Source: Bacteroidales bacterium Bact_19
GTDB lineage: Bacteria; Bacteroidota; Bacteroidia; Bacteroidales; ML635J-15
DNA length: 64,000 nt
NCBI GenBank assembly: GCA_001603595.1
Contig: LUZK01000016.1
Coordinates: forward strand, 20,408-84,407
Reading direction: 5' to 3'
Below are positions 9,426 to 19,216 of the stretch, piece after piece (the stretch's first letter is position 1; every line of letters starts with the position of its first letter). Made by a program: the position numbers and the translations under genes. Under the pieces are notes generated by a model. The model was not told where the DNA came from. It saw only the letters and a program-made list of their open reading frames with translations, and ran no database searches.

Positions 9426-10451
9426 TCAATACCTTTTAAAATTCAAATCAAAATAATAATTTCCAGAAGTTTTCCATTTTCGTTTTGTAGGTATACTATA
9501 AACCATTGATGTATGATCAGTAATAAAACTCTCATAAAAACATTCCAATAAAGTATAAAATGGCCAGATATATTTCTGTATAAAACTTTGTCTATCAACC
9601 GGATTAAAAATTTTACCAACATAATTCATAAAATAATTGGCATACAAAGCTAAATACTTCGTAGCAACTCCTCGCATAGTATTATTTATCCAGGTTTTAA
9701 ACATATACATCATCGTCTCCTGATTGATAAGCTTTTGGCTTATCTCTTTTTGCTTCTTTTTACCTGAAACTATATCTAGGCTTTTAAAATTAAACTCTTC
9801 TTTATTCGCAAACACTGATTGTTCTGAACATATCAGTTTTTCTACATTATTAAGCCTTTTCTTGAAAATCCTGTCAAAATGATTTCGATTTATCAAACCC
9901 ACTGTGGCAAGTTTAATCTCTCCAACTTCATTCTCATTAACTATTATCAACCTGCTTTGATATTTTTCATCTAATATCTTTTGTTTTCTGCTTATGCCAA
10001 TAGTCTCCAACGACGACCCTTTCCTACCCTTCAAACTGTACAACAACGATAATTCATTACATAATACAATACCCTTAAAACTTCTTGTACTTATCGGAAT
10101 TGACATCAATATTTTATGACGCCAATCAAATGATGTCATTGGTGATATATTAAAATTATCGCACATAAATTTTAGTGTATGCATCCCTTCATTTTGAATA
10201 AATTCAGCATATTCAATAAAAGTATCTTTCTTGTGAATATAATGTATGCTCGTACCTGTACTGGGCAAAAAAGTCCTACTGCAACTTTTACATTTATAAC
10301 GATATGTAAATTTATAGCGGCCATACTTGATGTAATATTTACTCCCACACCACGGACAACTTTCTACCTCAATTTTTTCACGATATAGACTTGCCAGCTT
10401 TTCACTCCATGTTTTGGTAGATTTAAAAGTATTTTTTACAGAGTTTGCCAT
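9426..10451 (-). CDS. IS1595-family transposase-like zinc-ribbon protein, possibly catalytically inactive (paralog A)
   Basis: CPWC...CKSC zinc ribbon followed by FLPSTGTSIHY, as in the IS1595/ISXO2 N-terminus. The central region is colinear with the IS1595 DDE fold, but the acidic positions read N/S/none by eye. A paralog lies at 57750-58742. Confidence 0.6.
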   Translation of the reverse strand: MANSVKNTFKSTKTWSEKLASLYREKIEVESCPWCGSKYYIKYGRYKFTYRYKCKSCSRTFLPSTGTSIHYIHKKDTFIEYAEFIQNEGMHTLKFMCDNFNISPMTSFDWRHKILMSIPISTRSFKGIVLCNELSLLYSLKGRKGSSLETIGISRKQKILDEKYQSRLIIVNENEVGEIKLATVGLINRNHFDRIFKKRLNNVEKLICSEQSVFANKEEFNFKSLDIVSGKKKQKEISQKLINQETMMYMFKTWINNTMRGVATKYLALYANYFMNYVGKIFNPVDRQSFIQKYIWPFYTLLECFYESFITDHTSMVYSIPTKRKWKTSGNYYFDLNFKRY

Positions 10452-10554
10452 TATGATTTTTGGGTTATTAGTCGAATCAAAAATAATAAAAATAACAACA
10501 TAATTTTATATAATTTAAAAAATAATTTTTTATACCCATTTTATTCCTTTTTAC

Positions 10555-10562
10555 TATTTTTG
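10555..10562 (+). promoter_or_regulatory. Bacteroidota-type -7 promoter box TATTTTTG
   Basis: Matches TAnnTTTG, 20 nt upstream of the ATG at 10582. Confidence 0.4.
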
Positions 10563-10581
10563 TAAATTAAAATTACATAAA

Positions 10582-12621
10582 ATGAGCTTTATTAATCCTG
10601 CTTTTCTTTGGGCTTTATCAGCCATTTCTATCCCCATTATCATCCATCTGATCAATTTAAGACGACATAAAACCGTTTACTTTAGTAATACTGTTTTCCT
10701 TGAAAACATAAAAAAAGACTCCCGCAAACGCACTCAACTTAAACATTGGCTTATCCTTTTGGCACGAATTCTTACCATTATAATGCTGGTAATTGCTTTT
10801 GCCGGTCCTTATATCCCTAATCCTGTTGCTCAGAACAATAAACTCAGCGAAATTTCTATAATTTACATTGACAATAGTTTCAGCATGCAAAATGAGGGAA
10901 CTAAAGGTCAACTATTAAAACAGGCCGTTCAAATAGCTAAGGAAATCGTTATAAACTCCGAACCCGAAAAGGATTTTATTTTGATTACAAACAGCATGAA
11001 GCCTGAACATCAATTTATTTTAAATCATGACAATATTTTAAGAGAAATTGACAAAATAGACTTTGATCCTAAACCTTTGATTATTAGAGACTTAGTAGTT
11101 AAAGCAGGTAGTTTAACCCCTACGGATAAAAAGGCTATTCTTTATGTTATTTCTGATATGCAGGAAAGTTTCATTAGTCAGGATGAAGCACATGAAAAAT
11201 TGCCCGATAATATTGATTTAATTTTTGTGCCTCTTGCTGTAAATAAAATTGCAAACTTATATGTTGATTCTTGCTTCTTTTTATCGCCAATACACAAATT
11301 AGGTCAGGAGGAAGAATTGAGCATTATTTTAAAAAATTCCTCCGAAAACGATTTTTATGAAATTCCTATCAAACTTTATATCAACGATACTTTAAAAGCA
11401 ATGAGTACATTCGACATTGAGGCAAAAGGAAATAAAGAAATCAAATTAAAGTATAAAAACACAACAAAATCGCATATAAAAGGTAGAATAGAAATTTCTG
11501 ATTACCCTGTAACTTATGACAATGAATTGTTTTTTAATTACTATGCTGCAGAACAAACAAGAATTTTAAATATCTTTCAAAATAATGACAACAAATATCT
11601 AAATGCAGTCTTTAATGATTCTGAAGCCGGATTTATATGTAAAACTGTCAAAGCCGGAAACGAACAAAGCTCCGAAATTCTAACTTATGACCTTGTTGTT
11701 TTAAATGGTCTCAATGATATCAGTAGTGGATTAGCCTCAATTTTAAAAGAGTTTATTGCTTTAGGTGGATCTGTATTGATATTCCCTCCTACGGAATTAA
11801 ATGAAAATTCTTATAATACTTTTTTAAATCAATTTAATGCCGGGCAATTTCAAAATCAAAGAGTTTTAAATTCAAGAATTGAAAAAATTGAAGCTAATCA
11901 TTATTTCCTTAAAAATATATTTTTGAAGATTGAGAAAAACACTGATCTTCCAAGTGTTGGAATGAGCTTAAAATATAATTTATTTTCAACCTCTACAAGT
12001 TCTGTTTTATACCTGTCTGCAGGTAATAATCCAATTTTCTCATTCACTAAATATGGACAAGGGCAATTGTTTATTTTCTCTTCTCCAATTGTTGATATTA
12101 ATTCTGATTTCTTAAAATCGCCGCTTTTTGCACCGACAATTTATAATATTGTTATAAAATCTCAAATCAATCCAGATTTATATGGAATTATTCAGAATAA
12201 TTATGAGTACGAACTAAAAGGGATAACTGAGATTGAGCCAAAAGATATTTTCAGAATAACTGACAATAAAAGCATTGACATCGTTTGCACACACAGAAGT
12301 TATGGTAAATCTGTAAAACTTTTTATACCGGATGAGATTAAAAAAGCCGCAACTTATCAAATTTTCAATCATGAAACTTTTTTGAATTATATTTCATTAA
12401 ATTATGATAGAAGAGAGTCTGTTTTAAAATATGTTGAAAAAGAAGATTTGCAAAACTTTATTAGAGATAAATTAAATAACAAAGCCCTGATTATTTCAGA
12501 TGCTGAAAACTTAAAATCTTCGTTAGTTGAAATCTCTGAAGGAAAAAGAATTTGGCAATATTTTATACTTATGGCATTGTTTTTTATCATATCAGAAATT
12601 ACTATTGCTAGATTGATGTAA
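10582..12621 (+). CDS. membrane protein with an N-terminal double-transmembrane BatA-type domain and a vWA-like DxSxS motif
   Basis: MSFINPAFLWALSAISIPIIIHLINLRR is the typical BatA-type N-terminus. DNSFS is MIDAS-like. A C-terminal TM helix is present. Confidence 0.7.
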   Translation: MSFINPAFLWALSAISIPIIIHLINLRRHKTVYFSNTVFLENIKKDSRKRTQLKHWLILLARILTIIMLVIAFAGPYIPNPVAQNNKLSEISIIYIDNSFSMQNEGTKGQLLKQAVQIAKEIVINSEPEKDFILITNSMKPEHQFILNHDNILREIDKIDFDPKPLIIRDLVVKAGSLTPTDKKAILYVISDMQESFISQDEAHEKLPDNIDLIFVPLAVNKIANLYVDSCFFLSPIHKLGQEEELSIILKNSSENDFYEIPIKLYINDTLKAMSTFDIEAKGNKEIKLKYKNTTKSHIKGRIEISDYPVTYDNELFFNYYAAEQTRILNIFQNNDNKYLNAVFNDSEAGFICKTVKAGNEQSSEILTYDLVVLNGLNDISSGLASILKEFIALGGSVLIFPPTELNENSYNTFLNQFNAGQFQNQRVLNSRIEKIEANHYFLKNIFLKIEKNTDLPSVGMSLKYNLFSTSTSSVLYLSAGNNPIFSFTKYGQGQLFIFSSPIVDINSDFLKSPLFAPTIYNIVIKSQINPDLYGIIQNNYEYELKGITEIEPKDIFRITDNKSIDIVCTHRSYGKSVKLFIPDEIKKAATYQIFNHETFLNYISLNYDRRESVLKYVEKEDLQNFIRDKLNNKALIISDAENLKSSLVEISEGKRIWQYFILMALFFIISEITIARLM

Positions 12622-12641
12622 AAAAAATTACGCGTAGTCCC

Positions 12642-12659
12642 CGGATTTACATAAATCCG
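12642..12659 (+). terminator. hairpin downstream of the BatA-domain gene (weak terminator candidate)
   Basis: CGGATTT-ACAT-AAATCCG lies 21 nt after the stop. It has no clear T-tract. Confidence 0.3.
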
Positions 12660-13134
12660 TAACACGAATAGTGTTTTACATGATATATATCTTTCTCTTA
12701 TTAAATTATTTTTAGTTGAATTTGTTATTGATTGTTAAAGAAATAACAAAGCTATTAAAATTTCTAATATAATTTGCAGGATGTTCAAATAGTTATATGT
12801 CAAATTCAGAACTTTTTCGTAAAAACCTCAAAAAATCCTTAGATATTTTATACTGCTTAGCGACTATGATTTTGTAAGTTTCTCCCATAGCTATCCGCTC
12901 AGGAAATCCAAACAAAATCTAAATCGGGAAAAAAGAAAAGTAAATTACAAGAAAACTAACAAACCGATTCAAACTCTAACGAACATTGCCACCCATAACA
13001 ACTTGTAACAATTCGTAATTACACATTACGTAAATACATTTGACAATAAACGTGCTAAAACCTTTAATGTCAATGTAATACCTTTACGTTTTACGTATTT
13101 TTGTCGGAGTTATGGATAAATTATAGAAACTACA

Positions 13135-14112
13135 TCAATAACCTAGAATATAAGCAAACATCAATGGTGCTACTATAGTAGCATCAGATTCTATGATAAA
13201 TTTTGGTGTATTTATATCAAGTTTTCCCCATGTAATTTTTTCGTTTGGAACTGCTCCTGAATATGATCCATAACTGGTTGTGGAATCACTGATTTGACAA
13301 AAATATGCCCAAAAAGGAACATCTTTATATTCAAGATCTTGATACAACATTGGTACCACACAAATTGGAAAGTCTCCGGCAATTCCGCCACCAATCTGAT
13401 AAAAACCAATTCCTTTACCTTTTGAATTTTTAATGTACCAATCTGCTAACCACATCATATATTCTATTCCACTCTTCATGCACGAAGGTGATAGTTCTCC
13501 TTTAATACAGTATGATGCAAAAATATTTCCCATCGTTGAATCTTCCCATCCAGGAACAACAATTGGTAGATTTTTTTCCGCTGCTGCAAGCATCCAGCTA
13601 TTTTTTGGATCTATTTCATAATATTGTTCCAGATCACCACTCAACAACATTTTATACATATATTCATGCGGAAAATATCTTTCACCTTTGTCGTTTGCAG
13701 CTTTCCAATGTTTAAAAATATTGTGTTGGAGCCTTCTAAAAGCTTCTTCTTCAGGGATGCAAGTATCCGTAACCCGGTTCAATCCTTGTTCCAACAATTT
13801 CCATTCTTGCTCCGGAGTTAAATCTCTATAATGTGGAACTCGTTTATAATGTGAGTGTGCCACTAAATTCATTATATCTTCCTCAAGATTGGCACCGGTA
13901 CATGAGATAATTTGCACCTTGTCCTGTCTGATCATTTCGGCAAGAGTCTTTCCAAGTTCCGCTGTGCTCATTGCTCCTGCAAGAGTAATCATCATTTTTC
14001 CGCCTTCTTCAAGATGTTTTACGTATGCTTTTGAGGCATCAACTAATGTAGCTGAATTAAAATGAAGAAAATTTTCTTCAATGAATTTCGATATTATTCC
14101 ATTTTTTTCCAT
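13135..14112 (-). CDS. deoxyhypusine synthase-like protein (candidate homospermidine synthase)
   Basis: DHS-family sequence over the full length (...LAGAMSTAELGK..., ...GGGIAGDF...). The first ATG at 14112 sits 1 nt after the agmatinase stop; the track start at 14124 is a TTG. Confidence 0.85.
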   Translation of the reverse strand: MEKNGIISKFIEENFLHFNSATLVDASKAYVKHLEEGGKMMITLAGAMSTAELGKTLAEMIRQDKVQIISCTGANLEEDIMNLVAHSHYKRVPHYRDLTPEQEWKLLEQGLNRVTDTCIPEEEAFRRLQHNIFKHWKAANDKGERYFPHEYMYKMLLSGDLEQYYEIDPKNSWMLAAAEKNLPIVVPGWEDSTMGNIFASYCIKGELSPSCMKSGIEYMMWLADWYIKNSKGKGIGFYQIGGGIAGDFPICVVPMLYQDLEYKDVPFWAYFCQISDSTTSYGSYSGAVPNEKITWGKLDINTPKFIIESDATIVAPLMFAYILGY

Positions 14113-14113
14113 A

Positions 14114-14968
14114 TTACTTTTCAAATATGTAGGTTAATATTTTATAATAAAGTTTCGCCGCTAGAAAATCCGATGACTTTTCAGTTGGATTCGGAGCTAA
14201 TTCGGTTATATCAAAACCTACTATTTTCTTCTTACTTGCCAATAACTTTAAAAGTTTAAGTGTTGGATACCATGTTAACCCGCCTGGTTCGGGGGTTCCT
14301 GTTGATGGAACTAATGAAGGATCAAAATAATCTAAATCAATAGTTAAATAAACATTTTCCGTAAGTTTTTCAATTACCTCTTCCTGCCAATCATTACGGG
14401 CAGCAATGTTTTCAGCATAAAATACATTTTGTTTTTTTACAAATGGTTTTTCAGAAATATCCATACTTCTAATTCCCACCTGAATAAGATTAGTGTTTTT
14501 TGATGCCCAATGCAATGCACAAGCATGATTAAAAGCAGTGCCTTCGTATTCAGGTCGTAAATCTGAGTGAGCATCGAGTTGCAATACGCTTAAATCAGAA
14601 AATTTCTTTGCACTTGCCATTATTGCTCCAATACTAACTGAATGCTCCCCCCCTATCATTGTAAAAAGCTTTCCGTCATCATAAAATTTTTGAGCTTTTT
14701 CCATCACCTGCATGCTTAATCTTTCGGGGTCAGGATCACAATTTAATGGATTATCCAGCCATATCCCTCTTTTATATACTTCAGTATCAGATTCCAGATC
14801 ATAAATCTCCATATTTTCACTTGCCAACAAAAATGCTTCAGGACCTTTATCCGCACCTTTGCCCCATGTTGATGTGCCATCGTAAGGAACAGGAAGAATC
14901 ACGACTTTAGCATTTTCGTATCCTGCAAATTCCTCCGGAATACCCGCGTATGTTCTTATTTTAACCAT
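14114..14968 (-). CDS. speB: agmatinase (arginase/ureohydrolase family)
   Basis: Mn-binding motifs GGEHS, DAHSD and DLDYFDP. 284 aa. Confidence 0.85.
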   Translation of the reverse strand: MVKIRTYAGIPEEFAGYENAKVVILPVPYDGTSTWGKGADKGPEAFLLASENMEIYDLESDTEVYKRGIWLDNPLNCDPDPERLSMQVMEKAQKFYDDGKLFTMIGGEHSVSIGAIMASAKKFSDLSVLQLDAHSDLRPEYEGTAFNHACALHWASKNTNLIQVGIRSMDISEKPFVKKQNVFYAENIAARNDWQEEVIEKLTENVYLTIDLDYFDPSLVPSTGTPEPGGLTWYPTLKLLKLLASKKKIVGFDITELAPNPTEKSSDFLAAKLYYKILTYIFEK

Positions 14969-14997
14969 TTTTAAAATTTTTACAAATATAAAACTTA

Positions 14998-16452
14998 TTA
15001 TCCTTGAATATCCTGCTTTTTTTTATTTAACAGTTTTTTATGACTTTGTTTTTCAAACCAAATCCCGATAATTAAAGATAAGCTAGCTACTATAGTTGCA
15101 GGGACAAAAGCAATTTTAAGTATCCCACTGTTTTGATTTATAAAACCTAGAACAAATAGAATTGCTATCACGAAAGTTCCTGATAAGATACTATAAAACG
15201 CAGCTTTTTTATCCCTGTAAACATCCTTTTTAACAAGAGCCAGAATTGTTATGGGTGTAAAAATAATGTTTAAAGTAATTCCTGCAACAAATAGCTCAAC
15301 AATATCAGGTAAATACAAGGCCATTCCCAATGCTAAAGCCCCAAAAATAACAACTGAGAGTCGTACTTTCCGAAAAACTTCATTTTTACTTTGTTTTTCT
15401 ACTTTTCCGTAGGAAAAATCTCTAATTGCTGTCAGGGCAACAATGTTAAGAAAACTGTCAGCAGATGACATAAAGCCGACAATAATCCAATTACTGCAAG
15501 TCCTAAAAATATTTCGTTGGTATTTCTTTCAAGGAATAGGTGCGTTGCGTAATTGGGATCTATTTCAGTGCCGTAATCTATTCTTAATGCCATCCCAACG
15601 AGAGGAAATATTATATAAAACGGCAACATAAAAATTCCACTTAAAATGCTGTTACGTTTTGCTATTTTTTCACTGCCTGCTGCCAGAGTCCTCTGCCATA
15701 TATCCATTCTTGTTAGTACCGAAGGACTTAACAGCAATGGTAATGCTATCAAAAATATAAGTCCTTCGTGAGTCCCGTTTAAAAAACTTTCTGGAAGATT
15801 TTTTAGTGATGCAAATCCGTTAGTATCTGTCCAGACTCCCGGAATAAAAATAAAAATAATCATTAGAATAATTAGAATAAACTGAACAAAATCAGTAATA
15901 ATAACTCCTGATAAACCGGCAAATGCTGTATAAAAAATAACTACCAAAAATGATATTCCTGCAGCCCAAACATATCCAACATTAAAAGCATAATGTAATA
16001 ATGTAGCCATACCAACAAATTGAGCAGCTGTTAAGAAAAAGAAAATTAAAATATTGATTCCGCTTATTAATCCCGAAAATGCACGCGGAAATAAAGATAA
16101 TTTATGATTTTTTAAATATGATGTATTCAGAAACTCAGCAAATGAATATAAATTTCGTTCTTCACCAATTTTACGAATTTTGCCTGCAAAAAAAATTAAA
16201 ATAAAAAATCCTATCACATAAGATATTCCAATAGCAACAGCAGCAAATCCTGATGTATATCCCATTGTTATTAATCCCATGCTCACACCGCCACCCACAA
16301 ATGTTGCAAGAGTGGTAAATAATAATGGCAAAAGTTTAGTACTTCTCCTATTAATCAAATAGCCCTCTATATCTGTTTTTTTTAATGTATTTAAGTGTTA
16401 ATATAACGAGAATAAGGATATAAACAACTATCCAGAATACAAACCAATTCAT
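14998..16452 (-). pseudogene. sodium:solute symporter (SSS) family gene disrupted by two frameshifts
   Basis: Three same-strand pieces: 16351-16452 (34 codons, MNWFVFWIVVYILIL...), 15432-16358 and 14998-15471. They join into one SSS-like protein of about 480 aa if one A is removed from the A8 run (T8 on the + strand, 16376-16383) and a 1-nt indel is repaired near 15465-15475 (...GLLSA / MSSADSFLN...). Confidence 0.7.
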
Positions 16453-16467
16453 TTCGTAATTTTTTGA

Positions 16468-19101
16468 TTATAATAATTCTTTAATTTTATCCAATGCAAA
16501 TTTAACTGCCTCGGATATTTTATTTGGATTCTTTCCACCTGCACTTGCAAGAAATGCCTGTCCTCCTCCTCCGCCTTCAATTATTTTGGCAGCTTCTTTT
16601 ATTATGTTTCCTGCATTAACATTATTCTTTTCCACAATATTCTGAGAAACAGCTACCAAAATTCCCGGTTTACCATCATATATTGTTGCCAAAACACAAA
16701 CAAAACTGTCTTTTTCTGCACGAATTTGAGAACAAATTTCTTTTAAGTGCCCAATTTCAACTGAATCAACTACTCCGGAAATAACTTTCACTCCATTAAG
16801 TTCATCAGCTTTTTCAATTAAATCTTTTTTTATTTTGATAATTTCTTTCTGTTTAAATTCCTGTAACTGAATTTTCAATTCAGAATTTTCTTTTAATAAA
16901 TTTTCAATCTGTAACAAAGGTGTTTTTGAATTATTCAATGTTTCAGAGATTTTTTGAAGCAGGTCTATTTTCTCAAATAAATAGTTTTCAGCAGCCTTCC
17001 CTGTTATTGCTTCAATTCTTCTGATTCCAGCAGCTATGGCTGATTCACTTATAATTTTAAAAAATCCAATACTCCCTGTATTTTCCACATGTGTTCCACC
17101 ACATAATTCTATTGAATCGCCAAATTTTATTGCTCGTACTCTTGAACCGTACTTTTCGCCAAAAAGCATAATTGCTCCAAGTTTTTTTGCTTCGTCAATA
17201 TCTATTTCACGAAATTCTTCACGTTTATATCCCTTACGAATCATTGCATTAACGCGAATTTCCACTTTTCTTATTTCATTATCTGTCATCTTGTTAAAAT
17301 GAGTGAAATCAAATCTTAGTCTGTCGTTTGCAACAAGCGATCCTTTTTGTTCAACATGATTTCCAAGAATTTCGCGAAGTGCATGATGCATCAAATGTGT
17401 TGCAGTATGATTGTTTGCCGTTTCGATACGTTTTTCTTCGTCAACTTGAGCGGTAAAAACAAGTTTAGTATCTTCGGGCAACTTTTTCATCATATGAATT
17501 ATCTGATTATGTTCTTTGATAGTATTAAAAATTTCATATTTATTTTTTCCATCGGAAATGTAGCCGCTATCTCCTATTTGACCACCCGATTCAGCATAGA
17601 AAGGTGTCCTGTCAAAAACAACCTGATAGTACTCTGTATTTTTCGATTTTACATAACGATATTTTAAAATTCTGACCTCATCTGTTAAAGTATCGTATCC
17701 TGTAAAAACACACTCATCATTTTCATTTTCTGAAATGTTTATCCAATCATCAGCGGCAACTTCTGAAGCGTTTCTTGCTCGCGAACGTTGTTCGTCCATG
17801 AATTTTTCGAACTCTTCAACATTAACTCCAAGACCGTTTTCTTTTGCGATAAGCTGTGTTAAATCCAGAGGGAAACCATACGTGTCGTAAAGCTGAAAAG
17901 CTTTTTCGCCATTTATTTCTTTTTTATCTTTATACTTACAATCCTCTATTTCGGTTTCAATTAATTTAATTCCACGTTCCAGAGTTCTTAAAAATACATT
18001 TTCCTCTTCTTTAATAACTTTTTCTATAAGTTCTTGCTGTTTTTTCAGTTCAGGGAAATCTTCTCCCATCTGCTTTACCAAAGTATCAACAAGTTTATAA
18101 ATAAATGCTTCTTTAAGATTTAGAAAAGAATAAGCATATCTTACCGCACGCCTTAAAATTCGGCGAATAACATAGCCTGCTTTAACATTTGAAGGTAATT
18201 GGCCGTCGGCAATTGCAAAAGATACTGCTCTTAAATGGTCGGCAATTACTCGCAGAGCAATGTCGTTTTTTTTACTATCGCCATATTTTATCCCGCACAA
18301 CTCTGAAATACGAGAAATTATTGTTTGAAAAATATCTGTGTCGTAATTTGATTTCTTACCTTGTAAGACTGCACAAAGCCTTTCAAATCCCATACCGGTA
18401 TCAACATGTCGCTGAGGTAGTTTTTCCAAACTACCGTCTGCTTTCCGGTTATATTCAATAAAAACCAGATTCCAGATTTCAATTACCGCTGGATGATCTT
18501 TATTTACTAACGACTTCCCGGGAATAGAGTTTTGTTCAGATTCATCTCTAAGATCAATGTGAATTTCTGAACATGGTCCACAAGGTCCGGTATCCCCCAT
18601 TTCCCAGAAATTATCTTTTTTCGAACCATATATTATTCTATCAGCAGGGACATATTTTTCCCAGATTTCCTCTGCCTCTTTATCAATTTCAAGTCCTTCA
18701 GAATTATCTCCTCCAAAAACAGTTACATATAATCGGGATTTATCTATTTTGTAAACATTTGTCAATAAATCCCAGGCATATTCAATAGCTTCATCTTTAA
18801 AATAATCTCCAAACGACCAATTCCCGAGCATTTCGAACATAGTATGATGATATGTATCGTGTCCTACATCCTCAAGGTCGTTGTGTTTTCCCGAAACTCT
18901 TAAACATTTCTGTGAATTAGCAACTCTTAAAAATTCAGGTTTACGAATGCCTAAAAATATATCCTTAAATTGATTCATTCCGGCATTCGTAAACATCAAC
19001 GTTGGGTCGTTCTTAATTACCATCGAATCACTCGGAACTATGATATGTCCTTTTGACTTAAAATACTCTTTGAAAATTGTCCGTATTTGTATTGAATCCA
19101 T
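16468..19101 (-). CDS. alaS: alanine--tRNA ligase
   Basis: 877 aa. N-terminal class II core (FTNAGMNQFK), HxxxH editing-domain motif and a C-terminal DHHA1-like GGGG region. Confidence 0.97.
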   Translation of the reverse strand: MDSIQIRTIFKEYFKSKGHIIVPSDSMVIKNDPTLMFTNAGMNQFKDIFLGIRKPEFLRVANSQKCLRVSGKHNDLEDVGHDTYHHTMFEMLGNWSFGDYFKDEAIEYAWDLLTNVYKIDKSRLYVTVFGGDNSEGLEIDKEAEEIWEKYVPADRIIYGSKKDNFWEMGDTGPCGPCSEIHIDLRDESEQNSIPGKSLVNKDHPAVIEIWNLVFIEYNRKADGSLEKLPQRHVDTGMGFERLCAVLQGKKSNYDTDIFQTIISRISELCGIKYGDSKKNDIALRVIADHLRAVSFAIADGQLPSNVKAGYVIRRILRRAVRYAYSFLNLKEAFIYKLVDTLVKQMGEDFPELKKQQELIEKVIKEEENVFLRTLERGIKLIETEIEDCKYKDKKEINGEKAFQLYDTYGFPLDLTQLIAKENGLGVNVEEFEKFMDEQRSRARNASEVAADDWINISENENDECVFTGYDTLTDEVRILKYRYVKSKNTEYYQVVFDRTPFYAESGGQIGDSGYISDGKNKYEIFNTIKEHNQIIHMMKKLPEDTKLVFTAQVDEEKRIETANNHTATHLMHHALREILGNHVEQKGSLVANDRLRFDFTHFNKMTDNEIRKVEIRVNAMIRKGYKREEFREIDIDEAKKLGAIMLFGEKYGSRVRAIKFGDSIELCGGTHVENTGSIGFFKIISESAIAAGIRRIEAITGKAAENYLFEKIDLLQKISETLNNSKTPLLQIENLLKENSELKIQLQEFKQKEIIKIKKDLIEKADELNGVKVISGVVDSVEIGHLKEICSQIRAEKDSFVCVLATIYDGKPGILVAVSQNIVEKNNVNAGNIIKEAAKIIEGGGGGQAFLASAGGKNPNKISEAVKFALDKIKELL

Positions 19102-19174
19102 ATATAATATTCTTTTAAAGGTTCCTTAACTTTTTTTTTAAAATTAAAAACTTGCAAATTTAGATTAAATTATT

Positions 19175-19182
19175 TATTTTTG
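19175..19182 (+). promoter_or_regulatory. -7 promoter box TATTTTTG
   Basis: TAnnTTTG match 35 nt upstream of the ATG at 19217. Confidence 0.4.
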
Positions 19183-19216
19183 CGATATTAAAAGTTTTAA
19201 TAAGTTTTTTTAATTG

